Of a stretch of DNA of 62,031 bases, positions 18,068 through 28,210 are shown piece after piece. Position 1 is the stretch's first letter. Each line of letters opens with the position of its first letter. A program made the position numbers and the translations under genes. The DNA is from an uncultured Lachnospiraceae bacterium. Its GTDB lineage: Bacteria > Bacillota > Clostridia > Lachnospirales > Lachnospiraceae. The DNA is taken from positions 1 to 62,031 of the forward strand of contig CANQGA010000001.1 in the NCBI GenBank assembly GCA_947600145.1, in the 5' to 3' direction. Under the pieces are notes generated by a model that was not told the DNA's origin, searched no databases, and saw only the letters and a program-made list of their open reading frames with translations.

Positions 18068-18532
18068 ATGTTTCATAAAGCGATAGATTTGAAATTGTTA
18101 GAAGGTACTGCATTGGAGGTTACTTTTCAAGATGGCATTGTCAAACATTACGATATGAGTATGCTTTTTTCGAAGCATCCTCAGTTAAGAGCATTGGAGG
18201 ATCGTTCCCTCTTTCTTGCAGGAAAGCTGATGGGAGCTTACGGCATTATATGGAATGATGATCTTGACATTGAGGTCGAGACAATCTATGAAGATGGAGA
18301 TACTGTTCGTAAGGATATGATCACGTTTAATCAGATTTCTGCAAATGCTGTATTGTCAGCGCGGGCTGCTGCCGGAATTTCACAGAAAAGGCTTGCGGCC
18401 CTGACGGGTATTGATCAGTCTGATATTTCTAAGATAGAGCGAGGTGCAGCGAACCCCTCTGTAGCTACACTCGAACGGATTGCGAAGGCGTTGGGAGGAA
18501 AGTTGTCTATTGCGATAAACTTCTCTGATTGA
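18068..18532 (+). CDS. DUF2442 + XRE HTH antitoxin-like protein
   Basis: LEVTFQDG...YDM...GIIWNDDLDI (DUF2442-like) plus HTH_3 ISQKRLAALTGIDQSDISKIERGAANPS. Confidence 0.85.
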   Translation: MFHKAIDLKLLEGTALEVTFQDGIVKHYDMSMLFSKHPQLRALEDRSLFLAGKLMGAYGIIWNDDLDIEVETIYEDGDTVRKDMITFNQISANAVLSARAAAGISQKRLAALTGIDQSDISKIERGAANPSVATLERIAKALGGKLSIAINFSD

Positions 18533-18857
18533 AAGATGTTTTAACTCCGCCCGGCGGTATAGCCTGGTGGGGATGCTGATCCCGAATGCGTTATGGCTTG
18601 GGATCTGTCTCAATCAAAAATCAGAAGTAAAATTAATCTCAGGAGTCAGGAGTCCAATTATTATTTTTATATGGATAAGTCCGCGCTGATATGTTATAAT
18701 TTAGCATATTGGTTGGCGGGCATTTTCATGAGCGATTATACTCTGGATATGTATGCAGACAGCGATTAGGTCTTCAGCGGCGGATTTCCGGCGTATAGAT
18801 GGGCCGCGGGCAGAACCAAAAGATTTTAATACAGCACAAAATATTTAGGAGATTTCC

Positions 18858-20723
18858 ATGAGAAGATTGGCACTAAGTGACGAAATATTGCTGTCCGTCC
18901 AGCAGCCCGCCCGCTATATCGGCGGGGAAGTGAATATGGCGGTGAAAGACCCGAAGAAAGTGGATATCCGGTTCTGTATGTGTTTCCCGGACGTCTATGA
19001 GATCGGTATGTCCCATCTGGGCATCCAGATCCTTTACGATATGTTCAACGGCAGGGACGACGTCTACTGCGAGCGGGTCTATTCTCCGTGGACCGATATG
19101 GACAAGCTGCTGCGGGAAAAGAATATCCCCCTGTTCGCGCTGGAGTCCCAGGACCCGGTACGGGACTTCGATTTCCTGGGCATCACGCTCCAGTATGAGA
19201 TGTGCTACACCAATGTGCTGCAGATCCTGGATCTGAGCCGGATCCCGCTTCATGCGGCAGATCGCTCCGAAGACGATCCCATCGTCATCGGCGGCGGCCC
19301 CTGCGCTTACAATCCTGAGCCTTTAGCGCCTTTCTTTGACATTTTCTACATCGGGGAAGGGGAAACGGTCTACGGGCAGCTTTTCGAGGCTTACAAGGCG
19401 TGTAAAAGCCTCGGGAGAAGCCGGAAGGAATTTCTGGAAGCGGCGGCGCGGATCCCCGGGCTCTACGTTCCGGCTTTCTATGACGTGACCTATCATGAGG
19501 ACGGGACCATCGCCGGTTTCAGACCCAATAATCCCTGCGCGCCGGAGAAGGTGACCAAGGAGCTTGTCGTCAATATGGACGACGCCTGGTATATCGAAAA
19601 GCCTCTGGTGCCGTTCATAAAGGTGACCCAGGACCGTGTCGTCCTGGAGATCCAGCGGGGCTGTATCCGCGGCTGCCGGTTCTGTCAGGCCGGTAACATC
19701 TACAGGCCGTTAAGGGAGCACAGCCTTGAATATCTGAAAGATTACGCCGTTAAGATGCTCAAGAGCACCGGCCACGAGGAGATTTCCTTAAGCTCCTTAA
19801 GCTCCAGCGATTACTCGAAGCTTCCGGAGCTGATCAGCTTTCTGCTGGAAGAGGTGAAAGGCAGGGGGATCAACATTTCCCTGCCGTCCCTGCGCATCGA
19901 CGCGTTTTCCCTGGACGTGATGAGCAGGGTCCAGGACGTGAAGAAGAGCAGCCTGACCTTCGCGCCGGAGGCCGGTTCCCAGCGCCTGCGGGACGTGATC
20001 AACAAAGGGCTGACGGAGGAAGCCATCCTAAACGGCGCCCGGGACGCCTTCCTGGGCGGCTGGAACCGGGTCAAACTGTACTTTATGCTGGGGCAGCCGA
20101 CGGAGACGGAAGAGGACATGAAGGGCATCGCTTATCTGTCGGAGAAGGTGGCGGAGACGTTCTACGACCTGCCGGTGGAGCGGCGGCAGAAGCGTGTGCA
20201 GATCGTCGCCAGCTCGTCCTTCTTCGTGCCCAAGCCCTTTACGCCGTTCCAGTGGGCGAAGCAGTGTACGAAGGAGGAATTCCTGCGGCGCGCCTGGCTG
20301 GTGCGCGATACCTTCCAGGAGATGAAGAACGCCCGCAGCCTGAAATACAACTACCATGAGGCGGACTTAAGCGTGCTGGAGGGCGTTCTGGCCCGCGGAG
20401 ACCGCAGGGTTGCCCCTGTGATCGAGGAGGCGTACCGCCGCGGAGCCATGTTCGACTCCTGGGGCGAGAATTTTGATAACGACTTATGGATGGCGGCGTT
20501 TGACGCCTGCGGCGTGGATCCTGATTTCTATACGGTCCGCGACCGGGATCTGGATGAAAAGCTGCCGTGGGATTTCATCGACGCGGGCGTGTCGAAGGAA
20601 TTTTTAAAGCGCGAATGGAAGAGGGCGGCGGAAGGGACCGTCACGCCCAACTGCCGCCAGGGCTGCGCCGGCTGCGGCGCCCGGGTGTTCGGAGGAGGTG
20701 TCTGCTTTGAAGATAAGAATTAA
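18858..20723 (+). CDS. TIGR03960-family radical SAM protein
   Basis: PARYIGGE, FPDVYEIGMSHLG, CxxxCxxC (CIRGCRFC), C-terminal Cys cluster; followed by the usual partner gene. Confidence 0.92.
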   Translation: MRRLALSDEILLSVQQPARYIGGEVNMAVKDPKKVDIRFCMCFPDVYEIGMSHLGIQILYDMFNGRDDVYCERVYSPWTDMDKLLREKNIPLFALESQDPVRDFDFLGITLQYEMCYTNVLQILDLSRIPLHAADRSEDDPIVIGGGPCAYNPEPLAPFFDIFYIGEGETVYGQLFEAYKACKSLGRSRKEFLEAAARIPGLYVPAFYDVTYHEDGTIAGFRPNNPCAPEKVTKELVVNMDDAWYIEKPLVPFIKVTQDRVVLEIQRGCIRGCRFCQAGNIYRPLREHSLEYLKDYAVKMLKSTGHEEISLSSLSSSDYSKLPELISFLLEEVKGRGINISLPSLRIDAFSLDVMSRVQDVKKSSLTFAPEAGSQRLRDVINKGLTEEAILNGARDAFLGGWNRVKLYFMLGQPTETEEDMKGIAYLSEKVAETFYDLPVERRQKRVQIVASSSFFVPKPFTPFQWAKQCTKEEFLRRAWLVRDTFQEMKNARSLKYNYHEADLSVLEGVLARGDRRVAPVIEEAYRRGAMFDSWGENFDNDLWMAAFDACGVDPDFYTVRDRDLDEKLPWDFIDAGVSKEFLKREWKRAAEGTVTPNCRQGCAGCGARVFGGGVCFEDKN

Positions 20724-21537
20724 GTTCCGCAAGCAGGGCGCCATGAAATTCATCGGACACCTGGATATCATGCGGTATTTCCAGAAGGTCATGCGCCGGG
20801 CGGACGTGGACATCTGCTACAGCGGAGGGTTCAGCCCCCATCAGATCATGTCCTTTGCGGCCCCGTTGGGCGTGGGTCTTTTAAGCAACGGCGAGTATCT
20901 GGACATTGAAGTGAACTCGGCGGACAGCTCCGCGGAGATGATCCGGCGGATGAACGCGGTCATGTCGGAGGGCATGGAAGTCATTTCCTTCCGACGGCTG
21001 GACGATTCCGCCAAAAGCGCCATGTCGCTGGTGGCCGCCGCCGACTACGTGCTGGCGTTCAGGCCCGGGAAGGAGCCGGAAGATCTGGAGGCTTTTTTTG
21101 CGGCGCTTGAGCGGTTTTACGCGCAGCCGCAGATCCCGGTCACGAAGGCGGCCAAGCGCGGAGAGAAGAAAATGGATCTGAAACCTCTGATCTATAGGAT
21201 GGAGCGGGTATGGGCGGTGCCGGATGAGAATGGGAAATGTCCGGCGGTTCCGAACGGAAGAACGGTTCCGAACGGAAGAACGCTTCCGGTGATCGTTTCG
21301 GGCGCGGTGAGCGAACCTTCGGACGCGGTGTTCCTTCAGGTCTGCGCCGGCAGCACCGACAATGTCAAGCCGGAACTTGTCATGAAGGCGCTCTATGATT
21401 TTATGGGACTTGAACCTGCCCCGTTCACGTTCCAGGCAGAGCGGGAAGAGGTCTACGCGGACTTGGGCGGAGACGGAGACGGCGGACGCGGCCGCAGTTT
21501 GGTGCCCCTTGAGGCGTTGGGAGAAGACATTGAATAA
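20707..21537 (+). CDS. Radical SAM-linked protein (TIGR03936/DUF2344)
   Basis: KFIGHLDIMR...YSGGFSPH...FAAPLGVG...GEYLDI; TTG start behind GGAGGAGG. Confidence 0.9.
   Translation: MKIRIKFRKQGAMKFIGHLDIMRYFQKVMRRADVDICYSGGFSPHQIMSFAAPLGVGLLSNGEYLDIEVNSADSSAEMIRRMNAVMSEGMEVISFRRLDDSAKSAMSLVAAADYVLAFRPGKEPEDLEAFFAALERFYAQPQIPVTKAAKRGEKKMDLKPLIYRMERVWAVPDENGKCPAVPNGRTVPNGRTLPVIVSGAVSEPSDAVFLQVCAGSTDNVKPELVMKALYDFMGLEPAPFTFQAEREEVYADLGGDGDGGRGRSLVPLEALGEDIE
21245..21282 (+). repeat. In-frame 18-bp tandem duplication
   Basis: CGGTTCCGAACGGAAGAA x2, encoding VPNGRT twice. Confidence 0.9.
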
Positions 21538-22759
21538 ACTGATCATTACCAGGCTTGACGGACGGATCCTGACCGCCCTGATGGACGACATGAAAGCGGT
21601 TCAGATGGATTTTGAGGAACCGCAGTCGTCGAACCTGGGGAATATCTATATCGGTAAAGTAAAAGACGTGGTGCAGAACATAAGCGCCGCGTTTGTGGAT
21701 CTGGGCGGAGGCGTCACCGGCTACTACAGCCTTAACGACAATCCAAAACCGTGGCTTACGTCCCGGACGCCGGCACCGGCTTTCGGCAAAAAGGAAATGC
21801 GTCCCGGCGATGAGATCGTCGTCCAGGTGCTGAAAGACGCGGTGAAGACGAAAGATCCGGTGCTCACCGCCGAGCTTACCCTTACCGGCCGTTTCTGCGT
21901 CTTATCGGCGGATCCTTCCGGCAGAAAGAATTATATCCGTTTTTCCGGTAAGATCAGCGATAATGACTGGAAGAAGAAAATGACGGAATTCCTCCGACCC
22001 GCAAAAGAAGAGACCTTCGGGCTGATCGTGCGGACCAACGCCTATCAGGCGCCGCCGGAGCAGATCCTTGCGGAAATGAAACGGCTGACGGAACGGATGA
22101 ATCAGATCCTTGCATCGGCTCCCCGCCGTACCTGTTTCAGCCTGCTGTACGAGGAGGTTCCTCCTTATGCGGCCAGGCTGCGGGATCATGACGCCCAGAC
22201 GGCCGATGAGATCCTGACGGACGACGAAGATATTTTCCGGGAGCTGAACGCGTATCTGACGCAGGAACAGCCGGATACGGCGGGCCGGCTCCGCCTGTAC
22301 AAAGATCCGCTCCTTTCGCTCGCGAAGCTGTATTCTGTTGAGAAAAGCCTTCAGGACGCCCTTCAGAAGCGCGTCTGGCTGCCTTCCGGCGCTTATCTGG
22401 TCATCGAGCAGACGGAGGCCATGGCGGTCATCGATGTGAATACCGGCAAATTTACAGGCCGTAAGACCATGCGGGACACGGTCCGCATGATCAACCTGGA
22501 AGCCGCGAAAGAGACGGCGAGACAGCTGCGGCTCAGGAACCTGTCCGGGATCATTCTGGTCGATTTCATCAATATGGAAGCGGCGGAAGACCGGGAGGAA
22601 CTGCTGCGTGCTTTTGCAGAACAATGTTCCCGCGATCCGGTGAAGACCGTCGTTGTGGATATGACAAGGCTCGGCATTGCGGAGGTGACGCGAAAAAAGG
22701 TGAGAAAGCCGCTGCACGAGCAGCTTGCGGGCCGGCCTCAGACGCAGCGATTTTCATAA
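21530..22759 (+). CDS. rng: Ribonuclease E/G family
   Basis: GNIYIGKV...AAFVD S1 domain; EQTEAMAVIDVNTG; RLRNLSGIILVDFINM; TTG start overlapping the upstream stop. Confidence 0.93.
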   Translation: MNKLIITRLDGRILTALMDDMKAVQMDFEEPQSSNLGNIYIGKVKDVVQNISAAFVDLGGGVTGYYSLNDNPKPWLTSRTPAPAFGKKEMRPGDEIVVQVLKDAVKTKDPVLTAELTLTGRFCVLSADPSGRKNYIRFSGKISDNDWKKKMTEFLRPAKEETFGLIVRTNAYQAPPEQILAEMKRLTERMNQILASAPRRTCFSLLYEEVPPYAARLRDHDAQTADEILTDDEDIFRELNAYLTQEQPDTAGRLRLYKDPLLSLAKLYSVEKSLQDALQKRVWLPSGAYLVIEQTEAMAVIDVNTGKFTGRKTMRDTVRMINLEAAKETARQLRLRNLSGIILVDFINMEAAEDREELLRAFAEQCSRDPVKTVVVDMTRLGIAEVTRKKVRKPLHEQLAGRPQTQRFS

Positions 22760-22767
22760 AATAATGG

Positions 22768-22796
22768 TTGACTTTTCATTCGTCAGATGGTATGAT
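22768..22796 (+). promoter_or_regulatory. Sigma-A promoter of the rplU operon
   Basis: TTGACT-17bp-TATGAT with extended TG. Confidence 0.75.
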
Positions 22797-22802
22797 TTGT
22801 TA

Positions 22803-22885
22803 GTGTGCCGCACAATGAGGTTCAGAAAGATTCCGGGCCGGTTCCGCCTTGCGGACAGGCTGCGGGGACACCGTAGTTGGCGAGT
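22803..22885 (+). ncRNA. Putative L21 ribosomal protein leader RNA
   Basis: Structured GC-rich 5' UTR of rplU beginning GCCGCAC and ending GGCGAGT, as in Firmicute L21 leaders. Confidence 0.55.
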
Positions 22886-22909
22886 AATGATAAAGAGGAG
22901 GTGCCATAT

Positions 22910-23218
22910 ATGTACGCTATTATTGCTACCGGCGGTAAGCAGTATAAGGTATCCGAGGGCGATGTCATTAGGATTGAGAAGCTTCCGGTGGAAGCCGGCG
23001 AGACCGTGACCTTTGACCAGGTGCTTGCGGTGAGCGACGGAGAACTCAAGGTCGGATGCCCGACTGTCGAGGGAGCCAGCGTTTCCGCGACTGTGGAGAA
23101 GCAGGGGAAAGCGAAGAAAGTGATCGTCTACAAGTACAAGAGAAAGACCGGATATCACAAGAAGAACGGTCACAGACAGCTGTTCACCCAGGTCAAGATC
23201 GACAAGATCAACGCTTAA
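22910..23218 (+). CDS. rplU: 50S ribosomal protein L21
   Basis: [14 protein letters not shown]...[10 protein letters not shown]. Confidence 0.98.
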   Translation: MYAIIATGGKQYKVSEGDVIRIEKLPVEAGETVTFDQVLAVSDGELKVGCPTVEGASVSATVEKQGKAKKVIVYKYKRKTGYHKKNGHRQLFTQVKIDKINA

Positions 23219-23273
23219 CCGGTCACCGGCCCGAGGGCTGATGATCAGCGCGCATCGGGCGCGCGATGATGAT

Positions 23274-23612
23274 ATGATTCGTGTGACAGTATCGGTTGAT
23301 TCGGAACACAATTACAGAGGCATTCATCTGACCGGCCACGCAGGCCTTGCGGAGGATCCGCAGGAAGGGCAGGAGATCGTGTGCGCGGCGGTATCGGCGA
23401 TGACGCTTAATATGGCCAACTCGGTGGAGCATTTTACCGACGACCGGTTTGCCGCGGACGAGGATGAACGCGAGGGGATGTTTGATTTCCGGTTTACGGA
23501 CGTCATAAGTTCCGAGTCAAAGCTCCTTATGAATTCGCTGGTGTTCGGACTTATGAACATCGAGGCGTCATACGGAGAGCCATATATCAACATTCGATTT
23601 GAGGAGGTGTGA
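23274..23612 (+). CDS. prp: Ribosomal-processing cysteine protease Prp (YsxB)
   Basis: GHA...IVCAAVS catalytic motif; located between rplU and rpmA. Confidence 0.92.
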   Translation: MIRVTVSVDSEHNYRGIHLTGHAGLAEDPQEGQEIVCAAVSAMTLNMANSVEHFTDDRFAADEDEREGMFDFRFTDVISSESKLLMNSLVFGLMNIEASYGEPYINIRFEEV

Positions 23613-23615
23613 CTC

Positions 23616-23909
23616 ATGTTTCAGATGAACCTTCAGTTATTCGCTCACAAGAAGGGCGTCGGTTCTACGAAGAACGGCCGTGACTCCGAGTCCAAGCGTC
23701 TCGGCGCGAAGCGGGCTGACGGACAGTTCGTCCTGGCCGGCAACGTTCTCTACCGGCAGCGCGGGACCAAGATCCATCCCGGCAACAACGTAGGCCGCGG
23801 CGGAGACGACACCCTGTTTGCCAAGGTTGACGGAATCGTCCGTTTTGAGAGGAAAGGCAGAGACAAGAAGCAGGTTTCTGTATATCCGAGAGCGGAAGCG
23901 GCTGAGTAA
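23616..23909 (+). CDS. rpmA: 50S ribosomal protein L27 with a Prp-cleaved N-terminal extension
   Basis: [24 protein letters not shown]. Confidence 0.98.
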   Translation: MFQMNLQLFAHKKGVGSTKNGRDSESKRLGAKRADGQFVLAGNVLYRQRGTKIHPGNNVGRGGDDTLFAKVDGIVRFERKGRDKKQVSVYPRAEAAE

Positions 23910-23921
23910 TGTGATTTGTCC

Positions 23922-23958
23922 GAAGGCTTCATACCTGCCAGTATGAAGCCTTCTTTTT
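23922..23958 (+). terminator. Terminator after rpmA
   Basis: GAAGGCTTCATAC / GTATGAAGCCTTC 13-bp stem plus TTTTT. Confidence 0.85.
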
Positions 23959-23985
23959 CCAGATGGCAGAAAAGAAGAGGTTTCT

Positions 23986-25290
23986 ATGTTTGCAGATCGC
24001 GCAAAAATATTTATTAAATCCGGCAACGGCGGGGACGGCCATGTCAGCTTCCGAAGGGAGCTGTACGTGCCGGCCGGCGGTCCGGACGGCGGCAACGGCG
24101 GCCGCGGCGGGGATGTGGTCTTTGTGGTGGACGACGGCCTGAACACGCTGACGGATTTCCGCTACCACCGCAAGTATACCGCCGGGAACGGCGAGCCGGG
24201 CGGCAAGCGCCGCTGCAGCGGCAAAAACGGAGATGATCTGATCATCAAAGTCCCTGAGGGCACCGTGATCAAGGATTTCGAATCCGGCAAGGTCATTACC
24301 GATATGTCCGGAGAAAACCGCAGGGAAGTGGTCTTAAAGGGCGGCAGAGGCGGCCAGGGGAACATGAATTACGCCACGGCCACGATGCAGGCTCCCCAGT
24401 ACGCGCAGCCCGGACAGCCCGGGCAGGAGCTCTGGGTCCTGCTGGAGCTGAAGGTGATCGCGGATGTGGGCCTGATCGGCTTCCCGAACGTGGGCAAGTC
24501 CACGCTGATCTCCCGCGTCAGCAACGCGAAGCCGAAGATCGCCAACTATCATTTTACGACGCTGGATCCCCATCTTGGGGTGGTCGATCTGGAGGATGGA
24601 GCCGGATTCGTCATGGCCGACATTCCGGGTCTGATCGAGGGCGCGTCGGAAGGCGTGGGACTCGGTCATGATTTCCTGCAGCATATCGAGCGGACGAAGG
24701 TGCTGGTGCACGTGGTGGACGCTGCGTCTACCGAAGGACGCGATCCGGTGGAGGATGTCCGCGTGATCAACCGCGAACTGGAGAAATATGATCCTGGTCT
24801 TCTGAAGCGCCCGCAGATCATAGCCGCCAATAAGACCGACGCGATGTATGGAACCCTTGACGCGCAGGGCAACGATACCGACCCGCTCGGCCGCCTGAAA
24901 AAGGCGTTTGAGCCGGAGGGGATACCGGTTTATCCGGTCTCTGCCGTCAGCGGGGACGGGCTGAAGGAGCTGCTGCACGCGGTATACCGGATTCTCCAGA
25001 CAGTCGACCGCACGCCGACAGTGTTTGAGAAGGAATTTGACGTCGATACGCTGCGGGCGGGCTCGAATCTGCCTTATACCATTGAGCGCGATGAGGACGG
25101 CGCCTATGTGGTCGAGGGACCGCGGATCGAGAAGATGCTGGGCTATACGAACCTGGAGTCCGAGAAGGGCTTTCTGTTCTTCCAGAATTTCCTTAAGGAT
25201 ACCGGCATTCTCAAGGATCTTGAAGACGCGGGGATCCAGGACGGAGATACGGTGCGGATGTACGGATTCGCGTTCGATTACTACAAATAG
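23986..25290 (+). CDS. obgE: GTPase ObgE/CgtA
   Basis: Gly-rich Obg fold, GFPNVGKS, DIPG, NKTD, C-terminal OCT domain. Confidence 0.97.
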   Translation: MFADRAKIFIKSGNGGDGHVSFRRELYVPAGGPDGGNGGRGGDVVFVVDDGLNTLTDFRYHRKYTAGNGEPGGKRRCSGKNGDDLIIKVPEGTVIKDFESGKVITDMSGENRREVVLKGGRGGQGNMNYATATMQAPQYAQPGQPGQELWVLLELKVIADVGLIGFPNVGKSTLISRVSNAKPKIANYHFTTLDPHLGVVDLEDGAGFVMADIPGLIEGASEGVGLGHDFLQHIERTKVLVHVVDAASTEGRDPVEDVRVINRELEKYDPGLLKRPQIIAANKTDAMYGTLDAQGNDTDPLGRLKKAFEPEGIPVYPVSAVSGDGLKELLHAVYRILQTVDRTPTVFEKEFDVDTLRAGSNLPYTIERDEDGAYVVEGPRIEKMLGYTNLESEKGFLFFQNFLKDTGILKDLEDAGIQDGDTVRMYGFAFDYYK

Positions 25291-25310
25291 ATGCGGAGGA
25301 GACAAGATCT

Positions 25311-25607
25311 ATGACTTCAAAACAGCGGTCCTATCTGAAGGGCCTCGCGATGAATCTGGAGCCCATTTTCCAGGTGGGCAAATCCGGCGTGACGCCGGAG
25401 CTTACCCAGGCGGTTTCCGAAGCGCTGGAGGCGCGGGAACTTGTAAAGCTGAGCGTGCTGAAGAACTGCCTTGACGACGACCGTATGATCGCGGAAACGC
25501 TCGCGGAGCGGACGCGCTCTGAACTGGTTCAGGTGATCGGGAGCAGGATCGTGCTTTACAGACCTGCCCGAGAAGAATTCAGGAGAAAGATCGAACTGCC
25601 GCGGTAA
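25311..25607 (+). CDS. yhbY: Ribosome assembly RNA-binding protein YhbY (CRM domain)
   Basis: MTSKQRSYLKGLA...QVGKSG...ELVK...QVIG..IVLYR. Confidence 0.93.
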   Translation: MTSKQRSYLKGLAMNLEPIFQVGKSGVTPELTQAVSEALEARELVKLSVLKNCLDDDRMIAETLAERTRSELVQVIGSRIVLYRPAREEFRRKIELPR

Positions 25608-25632
25608 CGGCGGCGGAAGGAGTTCCGGGAAT

Positions 25633-26256
25633 ATGGCCAGAATCGGAATCATGGGCGGAACATTTGACCCGATCCATAACGGACACCTTATGCTGGGAAG
25701 ACAGGCTTATCGGGAATATCATCTCGACCAGGTCTGGTACATGCCTTCCGGCCAGCCGCCCCATAAGAAGGGGAATCACGTCACGGCGGCCGCGGACCGC
25801 TGCGCGATGGTCTCGCTGGCGGTGGAGAAGGAACCCGGCCTGTTCCTCTCGGAATTTGAGACTTCCCGCGAGGGCACGACATACACGGCCATAACGCTCT
25901 CCCTTTTGCGCGAGGAACGTCCGCGGGACGAATTCTATTTTATAATCGGGGCAGACTCTCTGTATGAGATCGAAGGCTGGTATCATCCGGAGAGGATCAT
26001 GGCGATGGCTGGACTTCTCGCCGCGCCCCGGGAATACGGAAAGGCGGTCCGCACGCTGGACGAACAGATCGAACACCTGCGTCTGACCTATAACGCCCGG
26101 ATCGGAAGGCTGCACTGCGGGGAGGTGGATATTTCCTCCCATGAGGTCCGGCAGGCGGTGAAAGAAGGCCGCGATGTCGGGGATCTGGTTCCGCCGGCAG
26201 TGCTTTGCTATATCCGCGGGCATCATCTGTATCAGGAGGAACCGGCTGATGAATGA
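25633..26256 (+). CDS. nadD: Nicotinate-nucleotide adenylyltransferase
   Basis: GGTFDPIHNGH, PPHK, FIIGADS, ISS. Confidence 0.95.
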   Translation: MARIGIMGGTFDPIHNGHLMLGRQAYREYHLDQVWYMPSGQPPHKKGNHVTAAADRCAMVSLAVEKEPGLFLSEFETSREGTTYTAITLSLLREERPRDEFYFIIGADSLYEIEGWYHPERIMAMAGLLAAPREYGKAVRTLDEQIEHLRLTYNARIGRLHCGEVDISSHEVRQAVKEGRDVGDLVPPAVLCYIRGHHLYQEEPADE

Positions 26257-26827
26257 AAATATCTCTATCATGCGCAGGAAACTCAAGAAGAAGCTGAGCG
26301 AATCCAGATATGAGCATACGCTGAGCGTATCATTTACCTGCGTCTGCCTTGCGATGCGGTACGGTTATCCGTTGGAGAAGGCGGAGATCGCCGGGCTCCT
26401 TCACGACTGCGCCAAATGCCATCCCGACGACAGCTACGTCAGGCGCTGTGAAAAGCACGGTATCCCGCTCACTCCGGAGGAGAAGGCCGCGCCGGCCGTC
26501 CTGCACGCCAAGCTGGGAGCATGGATGGCCAGGGAGCACTACGGGATCACGGATGAGGAGATCCTGAGCGCGATCGCCTGCCACACGACCGGAAAACCCG
26601 GTATGGGGCTTCTGGACAAGATCCTTTATGTGGCCGATTACATTGAAGTGCGGCGCGACAAAGCCGAGAATCTGCCTGCGATGCGCAGGCTGGCGTTTGA
26701 GGACATCGACGAGGCACTTTTTGAGATCGTAAAAGGGACTCTCGATTATCTGAATAAACGCGGTATGACCACCGATCCGATGACGCTCAGAACCTATGAG
26801 TATCTGCTCACGCAGAAGAAAGCGTAA
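26249..26827 (+). CDS. yqeK: HD-domain Ap4A hydrolase YqeK
   Basis: RYEHT, LLHDCAK, HTTG, YVADYIE; synteny with nadD/rsfS. Confidence 0.92.
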   Translation: MNENISIMRRKLKKKLSESRYEHTLSVSFTCVCLAMRYGYPLEKAEIAGLLHDCAKCHPDDSYVRRCEKHGIPLTPEEKAAPAVLHAKLGAWMAREHYGITDEEILSAIACHTTGKPGMGLLDKILYVADYIEVRRDKAENLPAMRRLAFEDIDEALFEIVKGTLDYLNKRGMTTDPMTLRTYEYLLTQKKA

Positions 26828-26893
26828 CTGCGCGTCCGCGGACCGGTCTGCGCCCGTCCTGAGGGCGGCGCACTGACACGAAAGGAGAAATAT

Positions 26894-27310
26894 ATGGGTG
26901 AAGTGAAAATGAAAGAGCAGGCCGCAAGCCAGGCCGCGAAGGCGCAAAACGCCGTTGAGAACCTGTCCGACGCTCCGGAGATCGTCCGTCTGGCCAAGGA
27001 AGCGCTGGAGGATAAAAAAGGGCAGAACATCAAGATCATCGACATCAGCAAGGTGTCTGTCCTGGCCGATTATTTTATCATCGCGGACGGTTCGAATCCC
27101 AATCAGGTCCAGGCCATGGTCGATAATGTGGAAGAGGTGCTCGGCAGGGCCGGCTATGAATGCCGCCAGATCGAGGGGTACGGCACCGCGAACTGGATCC
27201 TGATGGACTACGGCGACATGATCGTCCACGCGTTCTGCCGCGAGGACCGGCTGTTCTATGATCTTGAGAGGATCTGGCGTGACGGAAAACTGGTGGAAGA
27301 GGATGTATAA
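26894..27310 (+). CDS. rsfS: Ribosome silencing factor
   Basis: ALEDKKG, ADYFIIA, WILMDYGD, FYDLERIW. Confidence 0.95.
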   Translation: MGEVKMKEQAASQAAKAQNAVENLSDAPEIVRLAKEALEDKKGQNIKIIDISKVSVLADYFIIADGSNPNQVQAMVDNVEEVLGRAGYECRQIEGYGTANWILMDYGDMIVHAFCREDRLFYDLERIWRDGKLVEEDV

Positions 27311-27522
27311 GCGCCGCGGCATGAATGCGGTATAAGAGACACAGCGCGGGGAAATGCGGCAGCATACAGAAACGCGTCTGTGTGATAAGAAGCAGCGCGG
27401 GAAACTGCGGTGTATGAAACAGGATCCGTCCGGGCAGGAGAAGAAATTGATCTCCGGCACGGACGGATTTTGTTATAGCTGATTGCTTTGACAGATCTGT
27501 AATATCTATATAGAGATGCATG

Positions 27523-27549
27523 GGTTTACATAATAATATTATGTAAACT
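27523..27549. other. Putative dif site (chromosome dimer resolution) at the replication terminus
   Basis: GGTTTACATAA-TAATA-TTATGTAAACT; the right arm equals the B. subtilis dif right arm TTATGTAAACT; lies at the +/- gene-strand switch, near a Xer-type gene. Confidence 0.7.
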
Positions 27550-27576
27550 TCTTCGTTTTCCAGCTCGATTCCCGGC

Positions 27577-28191
27577 TCACATCATCCGGATCAGGCCGAT
27601 CACGACGCCGAGGATATCGACATGATCCACGATGATCGGATCCATACTGTCGTTCTCCGGCTGAAGGCGATAATGGCCGTTCTCTTTATAAAACCGTTTC
27701 ACAGTAGCGGAATCATCCACCAGGGCGGCGACGATCTCTCCGTTGCGCGCGGAAGGCTGGCTTTTGACAATGATCTGGTCGCCGTCGAAGATGCCGACGT
27801 TGATCATGCTGTCGCCTTTGACGCGGAGCATGAACGTCTCCTGATTCGGAAGCAGCTCCACGGGGATCGGGAAGTAGTTCTCGATATTCTGTTCGGCAAG
27901 GATCGGCTGTCCGGCCGCGATCGTTCCGACTAGGGGAACATTCACTACCTCGCGCCGGGTCAGGTTAAAGCAGTCGTCGATGATCTCGATCGTACGCGGC
28001 TTCGTCGGATCTCTTCGTATATAACCATTCTTTTCCAGCGTCTCCAGGTGGGAGTGAACGGACGAAGTGGATTTCAGATGGACCGCCTCGCAGATCTCCC
28101 TGACTGCCGGCGGATATCCTTTCCTGAGGATTGTCTCTTTGATATATTCGAGTATTTCCTGCTGTTTCGCGCTGATCTTGCCCTGTGCCAT
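27577..28191 (-). CDS. lexA: SOS repressor LexA
   Basis: GYPPAVREI wHTH, Ala-Gly cleavage site (IAAGQP), catalytic Ser (GDSM) and Lys (TVKR). Confidence 0.97.
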   Translation of the reverse strand: MAQGKISAKQQEILEYIKETILRKGYPPAVREICEAVHLKSTSSVHSHLETLEKNGYIRRDPTKPRTIEIIDDCFNLTRREVVNVPLVGTIAAGQPILAEQNIENYFPIPVELLPNQETFMLRVKGDSMINVGIFDGDQIIVKSQPSARNGEIVAALVDDSATVKRFYKENGHYRLQPENDSMDPIIVDHVDILGVVIGLIRMM

Positions 28192-28210
28192 ATAAAAACC
28201 CTCCGTATCA

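Noticed and set aside
8915-18857. Island as a defined mobile element
   Set aside because: No integrase, transposase or terminal repeats found; treated only as an accessory region
27311-27420. Possible CRISPR array
   Set aside because: Only 2-3 degenerate short repeats, no regular repeat-spacer pattern, no cas genes
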